DNA from: Porphyridium purpureum
Taxonomy: Eukaryota
Length of the DNA: 46,590 nucleotides
Reading direction: 5' to 3'
Assembly (NCBI GenBank): GCA_008690995.1
Contig: VRMN01000032.1
Coordinates: forward strand, 1 to 46,590
Below, one piece after another: positions 21,346 through 31,546 of this stretch. The translations under genes and the position numbers were made by a program. A model generated the notes under the pieces. It was not told the origin of the DNA. It worked only from the letters and a program-made list of their open reading frames with translations, and did no database searches. Position 1 is the first letter of the stretch. Every line of letters begins with the position of its first letter.

Positions 21346-21493
21346 ATGCTTCATTTCTGCAGCGAAAATAAAAAGTAACCGTTGAGTATTTCGGTTACAA
21401 AGTATGGGAATTCTCACGTGTAATTTATGGAAGCTTGAAATGGCTGTCAAAAGAACTTCCAGATCTTGGAATGCCGGAATGTAATGAGAGCCG

Positions 21494-21610
21494 TGGAAAA
21501 AGTCCTGGAAAAACTACTGGAAAAGCTCCCGGAAAATCTCTTCTCCGCCCGAAAGCTGGTGTAAGCAACAGAAAATAGTTTTTCCAAGAGCTTTTCCAGT
21601 AGTTTTTCCC
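21494..21610. repeat. Right subterminal repeats of the DNA transposon (direct, then inverted, GGAAAAACT-like)
   Basis: gtggaaaaagtcctggaaaaactactggaaaagctcccggaaaatc is followed by the inverted set agtttttccaagagcttttccagtagtttttcccgg. Confidence 0.85.
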
Positions 21611-21658
21611 GGTCGTATCCTAAAGTCGAGAGGGGACCAAATTTCAACACGCGGACTG

Positions 21659-21746
21659 ATTGGCCACTGCTCCGGTACAGCGGTAACACAGTAGCGTTGC
21701 AGTTTATCTTTAGGTTAAGGATCCGACAGTAAAATCGTAACCAGAG
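21659..21746 (+). mobile_element. Displaced 3' end (last codons and 3' UTR) of the long family B element
   Basis: Matches 22160-22248 and ends gtaaaatcgtaaccagag. Confidence 0.9.
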
Positions 21747-22255
21747 GCAGGTGCGCGGCGCACGCCCGGCTCCGCCATTCGCATCAAGACTGCGGCCAAG
21801 TTGTTGGCCTACACCTCGCTCGTGTCGGCTCGTCCGGGCCCGCCGGCAGTCAGCGCCACGGCTCACTCTGCCGCGGTAGCTCCGACCTCGTTCTGCCCGC
21901 TGGTGCTGGACATCTTTGGGCGCCTGGGCGACGATGCCCGACCTTTTCTGGCCTCGCTCGCGGGGTCATTCCAGATGGCCAAGCAGCTGCGGCGCGGCCA
22001 AGCTTCGATGATTCTCCATCGGGCCCTTTCCTTGGCCGTCTTCCGGTCGGCAGCCGAGGCCGTGCTTCTGCGGCATTCGGCACCCGCCATCCCCGTGGCG
22101 GGACTGCAATGGCTCTCTTCGGGCCTCCGCTCCCTGGCGCCCACACCATGTCTCTCGACATTGGCCACTGCTCCGGTACAGCGGTAACACAGTAGCGTTG
22201 CAGTTTATCTTTAGGTTAAGGATCCGACAGTAAAATCGTAACCCAGAGTAACCCT
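21745..22255 (+). mobile_element. Family B copy 2, 5'-truncated, head-to-tail
   Basis: Starts aggcaggtgcgcgg (matches ~11908). Carries the intact REL C-terminus (ORF 21801-22187). Ends GTAACCC-AGAGTAACCCT. Confidence 0.92.
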
Positions 22256-22510
22256 GTCGTCCCCACCTTGCGGATCACGTACCCACCCTGCAAATCACGT
22301 ATCCATTATGTTTCGCGTGACTGTACACATGCTGCGGCTGGCATGCCCATTATAAGCGGATACCGCGTCCCCAGTATGAAGATACTGTACCTCTAGGGTA
22401 GAAGTTCTGCTGGCACCCGTGATTTGAGGGGTTCAGCATATGCGGATGCCGGACCCATGGCCGCGGATCATGTACCCACCATTGCGAATGGCGTACCCAC
22501 TGCAAAGGTA
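22256..22510. repeat. Degenerate ~20-bp tandem repeats (gcggatcacgtacccac-like)
   Basis: gcggatcacgtacccaccct, gcaaatcacgtatccatt, gcggataccgcgtcccca, gcggatcatgtacccaccatt, gcgaatggcgtacccact. Confidence 0.6.
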
Positions 22511-22740
22511 CTTACAGTCATATATCTCAGCAATACAAGCACCGTTTCACATGCAAAGCACATCGTTGTGAGCGCGAGAGCAAGGGCTATCATTCAATAT
22601 CCAATTTGAATGACAAATTTGTAGCATACTTGAGTAAACAATTTTGTAATGTTTTTTAACATCAACCTACCATATGGACCACACATCCTTCCCAAAACGC
22701 ACTAACCCAATACTACAGTCTGAAGCAGCTGTACTAGAGT

Positions 22741-22808
22741 CCGAAGCAACTGTACTATGGTATGGCCGAACCGCAGGGCCCACCCTACCTGAAAAACGCC
22801 TCTAACCC
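22741..22808 (+). repeat. 68-bp dispersed repeat, copy 2 (identical to 5774-5841)
   Basis: Exact match; ends ctctaaccc(t) directly against the truncated copia fragment. Confidence 0.92.
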
Positions 22809-22816
22809 TGCGAGCG

Positions 22817-23605
22817 GTGAAGTCACCCGGCGAGAAGATGAATGCTGACGCTATATTGGATGTTCAAGTCGAACATGGGCATCTGAAAATACGCGAGCAT
22901 GTTGGGAGGCTGCTGTGGTTGGCCAGGACGGTCAGACCGGATATATCCTACGCAGTTGGAGTGGTGGCTCGGTATGTGGATAGCTGGAACGTCGCAGCTG
23001 AGAGACTCCTGGTTCGCGTCATGCAATACTTGAAGGTGCCTCGTGAGCCACTTGAGTATTTGCGGATGACGTCATTGAAGATCAGCGACGTAAGCGTCTT
23101 GGGCTATGCTGATGCCGACTTTGCTGGATGCCCGGAAACGCGCAAGTCAACGTCTGGGAGAGTGACGTACTTGGTCGCGGGTGGAAACAAGTATCTGGTC
23201 GATTGGAGCTCCAGAAGGCAACGCTTTGTGAGCTCTTCGACCTCTGAGTCTGAGATGGCCGCTCTGGAAGAAGCGGTGCAGTTATCTTTGTTTCCGGCAT
23301 TGTCGTTTCTTCGAAGCGTGCAAGAGGGGGATTATGCGTTGACCCTGCTTTGTGATAGTCAAGTTGTTCTCCGTGCGGTCGAGATGGGCTACTCGCCAAA
23401 GTTGCATCACATGGCAGTGACCAGAGCCACGGACTTGGCGTGGATACACCAAGTTTGCGAGAAGCAAAAGCTGGTGAGATTGGAATATGTGAGGACGGGG
23501 GAAAACGTGTCCGACTTGATGACAAAACCTTTGTTTCCGGAAGGTCATATCAGGTGTTGGACTATGTTACGCGTCCCTCAGATCGGAAGGAGGAGCATGG
23601 ATTAA
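22817..23605 (+). mobile_element. Ty1/copia pol remnant (RT C-terminus and RNase H), 5'-truncated
   Basis: VGRLLWLARTVRPDISYAVG, GYADADFAGCPETRKSTSG, DWSSRRQRFVSSSTSESE, LLCDSQ and YVRTGENVSDLMTKPL are canonical copia RT/RNase H motifs. Confidence 0.92.
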
Positions 23606-24338
23606 AAGTGTTCCGGTCCGAGAGACGCCCTGGGTGTACACCCGGAGGTACGGCGTCTCGGAATTGTTTGAGGTACAGGGGCTTTTTCGCCCGCGTGGTT
23701 TTTTACCCTGTACCTCTGGTTTTGTGTATTGTTGTCTTTCGCCCCGAGGAGCCGCAGTCGCGTGTCCGAGGGAAGCAGGAGCCGCTTGGCGGCCGGCCAG
23801 CACCCATTGAGCCGCTTGCTGACGTGGCTGGCTGTGGCTTCGTTCTGTGGAACGAACGGAGGAAAGCCCAGCCTTTTGGGAGAAATAATTTCTCCCTTCC
23901 GCGTCAAGGACAGCAAGGACGGCGGGGTATATAATGGGCGCGGGCCCGTGCGGTTCCCCGGATTTCTAGAGAGCGGAAGAAGTAGAGGCAAGGGAGAAGG
24001 ACACAGAGAATAAAAGAGGAGTTGGTTCTTTGGTGTCGGTGCCTGGGCGTGGTCGTTGGAAGGCGTGGGGCCTTTTGCTGAGCCTGTGTAGCAGAGCCAG
24101 CAGCACATCGTGTCTGGGGGGTTTCGGTGCTCTTAGAGCACTGAAGGCAGACGGCGGCTTTGTCCGTTACGACACCCTGCCCCTGTCGAGACCGGTGCTG
24201 TCTGTGCCGACGCGAAGGGCAATAGTAGAGGCCCTATACGTTGGATTTTCCACGCCCCGGGTATTCGTCGTCTGTGTTGTGTGCGTCGTGTGGTTGTGTT
24301 CTCTGTGCTGTGTGCGTCGTGTTGCTGGGGTTCGGTCA
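23598..24338 (+). mobile_element. Probable 3' LTR of the copia element
   Basis: Polypurine tract GGAAGGAGGAG (23585-23595) followed by TG; internal TATATAA (~23928) and AATAAA (~24008); a candidate end ..TCA at 24338 where the neighbouring ORF is cut. There is no second LTR to confirm the boundaries. Confidence 0.5.
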
Positions 24339-25520
24339 TCTGAGAAGGGTTGTGTCATCCGGGTTCGTGCGCTTGTCATCATCAAGCGTGCGAGAATTTA
24401 AAGAGGATTCCGCGGAAACACAGCCCGACAGTAAAGTCGTCTTCGGCATTGAGTAAAACGCATTCCCTTCAAGGGTACGAGCTAGCGCCGATGCTCGCAA
24501 GAGCCACAGTTGACTGGCTGAAAAGCTTACCATTGTAGACGCACTACGCAGTCGAACGATGCCATCATCGAATCGACCTACGCAATGCGCTCGCAGAAAA
24601 TCCACGGCCACGTACGATTGTTTCTCCAGCTTCGCTGGGGCATGGTCCAGCACCACGTTCATCAAGTTTTGCACCGCATGTACAACCCCGCTTGGATGCA
24701 TTCTAACATATTCCGACAAGGAAATGCCAATTAGTCTTATACAGTAAAACTCTAGCGCCCGCGCCCAAGTTTTGCGCCTTGCACGGATCGTGGCCTCTGC
24801 TAAACATGTAAAATGACGATTGGCAAAAGGATTCACGACCTCTGAAGCCATCTCTTGAGAGTGGCCTTGCACCGGAAGCATCAAGAGGTCTGGTCGGTGA
24901 GTATGCACAGTGCGAATACACGCACGAACAAACTTCACATACGTATCCACAACACCAAGAGATAGCTCCGCACCCGGACAAACATCTTGCAGATTACAAA
25001 AGAATTCTCGGTCGCCCTCGTCTGGATACCAACGGAGTTTCAGGGCCGTCGCCGCTTGTACTGTGTTGCCATTGTCATCCATTTCCTCCTCACCGGCATC
25101 AGCACGTGTAGCGAAATACTTGGTCACATGGTCTGGAAAAGGAAGGCTGCTTGTAACCACCATGCGCGACACCTTCTGCTCCTCTGATTCGATGTGATAT
25201 AAATGTCGCAAGCGGTTTAGCCCTTGCTCAAACCATACACAGTCCTGCGATACGTAAAACTTTGCAAACTCGGCAAATCTCTCTTGGACATATGCCAACG
25301 CGACAAACTTGTGCACTTTTACACAGTGTCTTTGCAGACGCTTCCGCGCAGCTTTTCGTGACGCAGCACTCTTCATGTCAACACTGTACGCGTATGTGCA
25401 AAGATGGCAGCACAAGCCAACTGCGTTGATCCCAGTGTTGATGCAATTGTTCCCATGCCGCATGACGTTGCTCTTCTTCGTGAACTCCTGTCAACAACCA
25501 CTCCCGCACTTGTAGCCCAT
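24336..25520 (-). pseudogene. Zinc-finger protein pseudogene, 3'-truncated, of uncertain family (possibly transposon- or telomere-linked-helicase-associated)
   Basis: Extending ORF 24336-25463 upstream gives MGYKCGSGC*QEFTKKSNVMRHGNNC (stop at 25491-25493), then CCHLCTYAY..RLQRHCVKVH. The ORF ends at the putative LTR boundary. Confidence 0.5.
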
Positions 25521-25840
25521 ATTCCACTCATTAGAATCTCCTTCACCTGGTCCCCAACGTTACTCGTGCGTTCCCCCGAGCCCTTCACATCGAACAAAAA
25601 CTTCAATCGCGCATAGCACCTAAACGCGGCTGAATTAGCACTAGATGCTATCAGAAATTACTATAAAATTTTTGTCAGGGCTATCAGACGTGCTGCTCAG
25701 ATGCGCCCGTATCCGTACGGTTGAGCATAACGAGCAAGAAAGTGGCGATGTCGGAGGTACAGTTTCCCACTGTACACTAAACTGTACTATACGTTGCTGT
25801 ATTCACCTGTAGCACATCAGCATCATTTTACTAAGCTTGC

Positions 25841-25943
25841 TCTTCGAGGCCCCCAAAATTTTGGCGAGGCCCCCTCCATAGCTCCTCGAGGCCCTTTCCA
25901 TAGCTCCGCGAGGCCCCCCTCATAGCTCTTCGAGGCCCCCCTC
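25841..25943. repeat. Tandem repeat, ~5 x 21-22 bp (catagctcttcgaggccccct-like)
   Basis: Five cgaggccc cores at ~21-22 bp spacing. Confidence 0.85.
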
Positions 25944-26114
25944 AAAAAATAGAAAATTTCAAATATCTGATGAACGGAGGAAGGTTTCGAGCACGTAAAG
26001 ATTGGAGCGGGCGCAGAGCGACAAGCTGCATCGGACGATGGGTGAAACATATTTTCAACACACATAGGAGCCGAGATATGTAATAAATAAGACACTCGTC
26101 ATTCACCACGTCTA

Positions 26115-26782
26115 TGGACCAGCACGGCCACCACGCGCTCAAGTGTCATCTCGGCCCGTCGCGGTACGGTCGGCATGCACTGGTGGTCGACGCCGTGGCA
26201 GCCTTTGCGCGCGCCGCTGGCTTGCCGGTGGAGCGCGAGGTGCGCCTTCCCGGCGCGGCAGACCTGCGCCGGCCGGGCGACCTGCGCGTGGACAGCACGG
26301 GTCGATGTGGCGGTGGTGGTGCCCGACCGCACCGGCACCAGGCGGTCCGACGGAGCGGCACTCGCGGCAGCGGCGCGTCGCAAGCTCCTTCCAGGATGCT
26401 GCGCGCACTGGCGACGCTGCTGGCGTGTCGTTCCAGGCGGTCATTCTGGACACGTACGGCCGGCGCGAACAGTGCGGAGCCGCGTTTCTGGAGACTCTGG
26501 TGGCGGCGTACATGCGGCACCGTGGAGTAAGCCAGATGCTGGCAAGCACGGCGCTCCACCGGTCGCTGTCGCTCGCAGTATACCGCTCGGTGGCGGCGGC
26601 GGTGCTTCTACGGTACCCGGGCCCGACTCTGCCAGTTGCCTCGCAGCACTGGCTGGAGACGGGCAGGCGCCTCTTTGTAGGCGAGGTACTCTCGGAATCG
26701 GAAGCAGAGTCGCACTGACTCTGCTGATACATAGGTACAGAGCTTAGGCCCTTTAGATTTATAATGTAAAACGATTTCAGAG
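26115..26782 (+). mobile_element. Family A copy 3, 5'-truncated (REL region and 3' UTR)
   Basis: Near-identical to 4031-4697. Retains HGHHALKCHLGPSRYGRH (knuckle and RH motif). Ends aaaacgatttcagag and joins unique DNA. Confidence 0.92.
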
Positions 26783-28563
26783 CGCGCTGGGCGGTGCGCG
26801 GCATCATATATTGCATGCTACAGAAGGTTGGTCGCATGAGCATTGATGCGCCGCCGCTTGTAAAATTGCCGAATGCCGTCGTGCCACTGTGTGACAAAGC
26901 CGAGGCTACCGAAGCTTGGTGTGACCTCTTTCTGCCTCTGAGGTGCGGCTGACCATTTCGCGCTGCTCGTACTATGCCTGCGGGTATTTCAGCAGCGGAA
27001 TTCGCCTAGTCGGTGCTGGCACCGTCCAGCGAAATGCGCACACGTCGAGCAACCACGGGAAAGACAATCGCACAGAATTAACTATCGCGATGGTCTTTTC
27101 GCAAGCCGCTCAGGCCGGTGCGTCACGAGGACAGCCGGGCAGAGCCATTTCCGACGCCACAGAGCCGTGGGCCGTACAAATGAGAATTGAGGTAATCGTG
27201 CTCCCGAATACCCATGTCGCGGGCTCTACCCGACACTCCGGTCAGTGGAGCCACCGCGTCGTGCGTGAGGTACTCTGGCGGGAGAATTGGAGCTGCGGCA
27301 TGCACCGCGGCAAGGCGACACTGGCGCTGCGTGCAAGCATGAAGACGGCCGATACCCTGTCACCATGAACGCCTTCTGCATGCGCCTCGTGTCAGGCTGA
27401 CGCAGCGGCAAATAAGATCTGGGCTCCTCGAACGACCACCTGAATAGCTGGCGTGGACACGCAAAGGCGTGCAGTGTGTCGTCGCGTTGCTGTATACTTG
27501 AACGGGTGAGACTAGGCCTATTCCGTCAAGCTGTGGCCCGTACCCGCACCAGCGCTAATTGTCATGCAAAACACACAATGTTCAGGCTTTGCAATTCTCA
27601 CGAACGACGGTTCACGGACCGACGTTCTGCACATTAACTACAGACGTCGGCGAGCACCACTTGTCTACGCATGCTTTTCGTGAAAACCTTGCCAGTAATC
27701 TTAGCTAGGCTTTCTGCTACGCGCCTTGTCTGACACGGCCTGCAACGGAGCTTTGCGGCCATGCGCACAGAACAGCGTGTTTGTCGACAGTCCAACACGC
27801 CGACTAACTTACTCTCCGACACTCGCCATCCGTACTGGCGAGCGCCGCAACAGCCGCACCAGTGGCCGAGTGCGGGCTCCGCCCACGATCTGTGTTCCGT
27901 ACGTACGCCTCTTTCGGCCACGCACGCCTCTTGACCTGGGAACCGAGCTGATGCTTTCAATGTATCAGCGAGTATACAATTTCTGTCGCGTTGCCGGCTC
28001 CTTGTCCGCGCTTACCTCGATCTCTTGTCGCAGAGTCTCCGCAGAACCACGCGCGAACAAACGAGAGGTCGCATGATAATCGAATCCAGTCGATCGTTTG
28101 TGCTTGGCCCACACAGACGCGTACCTTCGCGGGGACAGCAGACTTTTCTGCTTCCCCTGCATCCTCGCGCGCTAAACCAAAGTGTTCGACTGCCAAACCG
28201 CACAGAGCCGCTGTCGATGTACTCGCCGCGAACGCGCCGACAATTTCCTCCAGAACGGGTTCGTCGCGGCGCATGCGCGAACAAGCGACAATGCGCCACC
28301 TGGCACAATAATCTTAGCCTCGAAGGCTCACCGCGGTCTCGCCTCAGTTCAGGTGCATCGGAATAGAAGGACGCCGGTGAATGAGGAGCGCAAGACTCTG
28401 TTCTGCTAGCACGGTTTCTGCGTGATGGCAGATCGGCCACCTCCGCACTTGGATGATCATGCAAAGCGGGAGACTTCGGTCTGGTCAGGCCTTAGATCTT
28501 CACGTTTGGAATACGTACAGGAAGGCAGTAGCGTCTTTACGTACATTTCGCCTTGCGCAAACG

Positions 28564-31546
28564 CTAATAGCCTAATTTTTTCAACCTACTTTGCGCGTTT
28601 CCGTTTTCCTGTTTTGCGGCCTTGCGGTACCACTCGACCGCCGCGCGCTTGTCCTTGCGCAGCCCGCCGTCCCCGTTCTCGTAGCATACGCCCAAATTAT
28701 ACTGCGCGTCTGCGTCTCCCTGTTCCGCGGCCTTGCGGTACCACTCGACCGCCGCGCGCTTGTCCTTCGGCACCCCGCCCAAACCGTTCTCGTAAAAATG
28801 GCCCAAATTGAACTGCGCCACTGCGTCTCCCTGTTCCGCGGCCTTGCGGTACCACTCGACCGCGGCGTGCTTGTCCTGTGGCAGCCCGCCCTCCCCGTTC
28901 TCGTAAAAATGGCCCAAATTAAACTGCGCTCTTGCGTTTCCCTGTTCCGCGGCCTTGCAGTACCACTCGACCGCGGCGCCCTCGTCCTGCACCAGCCCAC
29001 CCAAACCCATGTCATAAAAATAGCCCAGCTTGAACTGCGAGTAGGCGTCTCCTAAGTGCGCCGCCTTGCGGTAGCACTCCATCGCTGCCGTGAGATTCTT
29101 GTTGGTGAACTCCTCGGTCTGGCCACGTTGCTGCCAGTCTGCGGGGTCGCGGCGCGCCTGCTCCGCGGCGGCGGCGGCGCGTTGGGCGGCAAGTTCCCGC
29201 TCCTTCCGCGCCGCGCTTGCTCCGCGGCAGCGGCCTCTCTTCACGCTTCCGCGCAGCAGCAGCTTCCGCTTCGCGCCGCGCGGCAAGGTCGCGCGCCTCT
29301 TTTTCGAGGCGCTCGTGCTCCTCCGCGAGTGCACGACGAACGGCGGCTGCGTGCTCCAGAGCCTGACGATCGCGCTCCGCTTTCTTCTTGTCGTCCTCGA
29401 GCCGCCTCTTCTCGGTCTCATTCTGTTGCCGTCTCAGCGCTGTTTGCTCTTCGGTCTCCACCACCTTGAGCCATTCCGACCCCGCGGGGCTGCCGAGCTT
29501 TGCGGCCTTGGCATACCACTCCTTCGCCAGGCTCCAGTTCTGCGGCACGCCCCGCCCAGAGTGGTGGCAGCGGCCATACTCAATCATGGCGTCCGTGCGT
29601 CCTTTCTCAGCGGCTGCGCGCACCCAACCGGCGCCATGTTCCAAGTGCTGGCTCCTGCCGTGCGAGCCGTCGAGCAAAATCTTGCCCAGCCGGAATTGGC
29701 CTTCCGCGGCACCTGATTCCGCTGCTAGCTTGAAATACTCATACGCGTGCGCCATGTTCCCTGCTTTCTCCCATTCCTCTGCGTAGCGGAGCTTGTCATC
29801 GGCACTCAGTACTTGCGCTTGCACAGGCCGGGATCCACTTGGCCCCGCCGAACTGCCTCCGGTGCTCGACACTGCGGCTCCTGACCGACCAGATGCCACC
29901 GTAACGTGCGAAACGCGTGCACCCAACGCACCAACCTCTACCGTGCTCGCGTCAGAAGAGGACGCAATGGCAGAGACACAGGCCTGCTCCTTGCAAAATG
30001 CCACCGAAATTTTCGCCATGCTCGGGCGCTCTCGAGCATTCATTCTCAAGCATGCTTTAGCCGTGTCTACTAACCACGTCGGCCAGGCGTTTGCGTATGT
30101 ACTTTTCTTCAGTCTGTGCCACGGCACGCCCTTCGTTGGATCGCTGAGCGTCCTGTCGATTTCCGCCGATGTCGCTGAGCCAAACATGGGCTCGCCCAAT
30201 ACCATCTCATACAACATGACTCCGAACGACCACACGTCACAAGTCCGGTCATACCTGTCACCACGCATGACCTCTGGCGCCATGTACGCATCCGTTCCAG
30301 CCTTTGTTTTCGCTTGTGACCCCGTGTTCTTCACGGTTGCCAACCCAAAGTCGCTGATCTTGGCCGTGTATTCCTCCGTGAGCAGAATATTCTGAGGCTT
30401 GATGTCTCTGTGGATCAGTTTCGCAGAATGCAGGTACTTGAGACCATTCACGATGCCAACAAAAATGTCCAACAGCTGCGCGCGGGGCAGCACTCCTTGA
30501 ATTCCATTCCGAAACATATGCCTGTCCAGTGAGCCTTTCGCGGCGTACTCTAAGAGAATGAACGACGCCCGACGACGCTGCCCATCACTCTCGAGCATGT
30601 AGAACCCGCCACGCGTCTGGATAATGTTCGCGTGAGCTAGCCGCCACATGGTCCCAAGCTCGTTCTTCAATTCAATCAGTGCATTCTGCGTTGGCGTCGG
30701 TACTTCCTTAATGGCCACCCTTAAGCCTAAGCACATGCCTCTGTAAACAGTTCCAAAACCTCCAGAGCCCAGCATAACGTACTCGTCGAATTCGTCACGC
30801 TCTTTTCGGACATGCGACACGTCGACATACCATGGCTCCGTTTTCGTGGGTCCCGTCGACAAGCCGCTAGAATTAGAAGCGTCTGTGTACGGCTTATGGA
30901 TGTCCACGCGGAGACTGTGCATCTGAAGAATAGCGCTCTTTTCTGGTCCGGAACCAAGTTGCTCTTCGAGCTTGGGTCGATCATTGACCCTGTCCTTCTC
31001 CAGAGCCAAAAGTATTTGCTGGTGCCTATGTTCTTGCACGTGTGTGCCTCGTTTGTGAGAGTCCGCAAGCTTGAACAAAACGATGCGCGACAACTGAGCT
31101 TCGAGCTTGTCCAGCGTATCGCTGCAGGTCTGAAATTCGGCCTGGTAGTTCTTTGCCCTCATCACGCGCCAAACCTTCTCATTCCAGCGGTCTGCGGACG
31201 AGAACTTTTCCACAAGTGAGCAGGTGGATTCGAGCGCGGACGTCAGATCCGCCAGGCACTCGAGCAGGCGACCGTGCTGCACCTGGTCTGTACCCGACCT
31301 CATCTTTTCGCCTTGGCCACCAAAATAATCAAGCAGCACGCTCTCAATGCCGGCGGCCTGCTTTGCCAGCTGCTTACATGTGTCGTGCATGGCTCGCGCG
31401 GCCTGCGCCAGCTCCACGATGACCTTGATGACCGCGTACGCCGCCGCAACGTACGGCAAAACCTCGCCGACATCGTTGGCGATCGTGCCTCCGACTTTGA
31501 GGGCTTCCTCAAACGCCGCGCGCTCCGCTGCGCGACCTGCCGCCAT
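28564..31546 (-). CDS. MLKL/HeLo-like four-helix N-terminal domain, TKL-type protein kinase, coiled coil and Sel1 repeats; one frameshift near 29230
   Basis: N-terminus EVLPYVAAAYAVIKVIVELAQAARAMHDTCKQLAKQ..LESTCSLVEKF..WRVMRAKNYQAEF. Kinase motifs LGSGGFGTV, VAIK, HRDIKPQNIL, DFG, YMAPE, DVWSFG. Sel1 repeats in ORFs 29012-31717 and 28564-29421. ATG at 31546. Confidence 0.85.
28600..29050 (-). repeat. Four highly similar 111-bp (37-aa) Sel1 repeat units
   Basis: gcggccttgc(g/a)gtaccactcgaccgc at 28616, 28727, 28838 and 28949 (exact 111-bp period). Protein unit GDA.AQFNLG.FYENG.GG.P.DK.AAVEWYRKAAEQ. Confidence 0.95.

Larger units (their letters stand above)
12307..21658 (-). mobile_element. 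Complete Plavaka/CACTA(CMC)-like DNA transposon, 9,352 bp
   Basis: Left end CAGTCCGTGTGCTAAAT; right end (reverse complement) CAGTCCGCGTGTTGAAAT, an imperfect TIR. AT is duplicated at 12305-12306 and 21659-21660 relative to the empty site cgacATtggcc. Subterminal repeats at both ends, lower GC than the flanks, and a transposase ORF. Confidence 0.9.

Noticed and set aside
22388..22400. tacctctagggt as a G-strand copy of the putative telomere repeat
   Set aside because: A single imperfect match that is compatible with chance.
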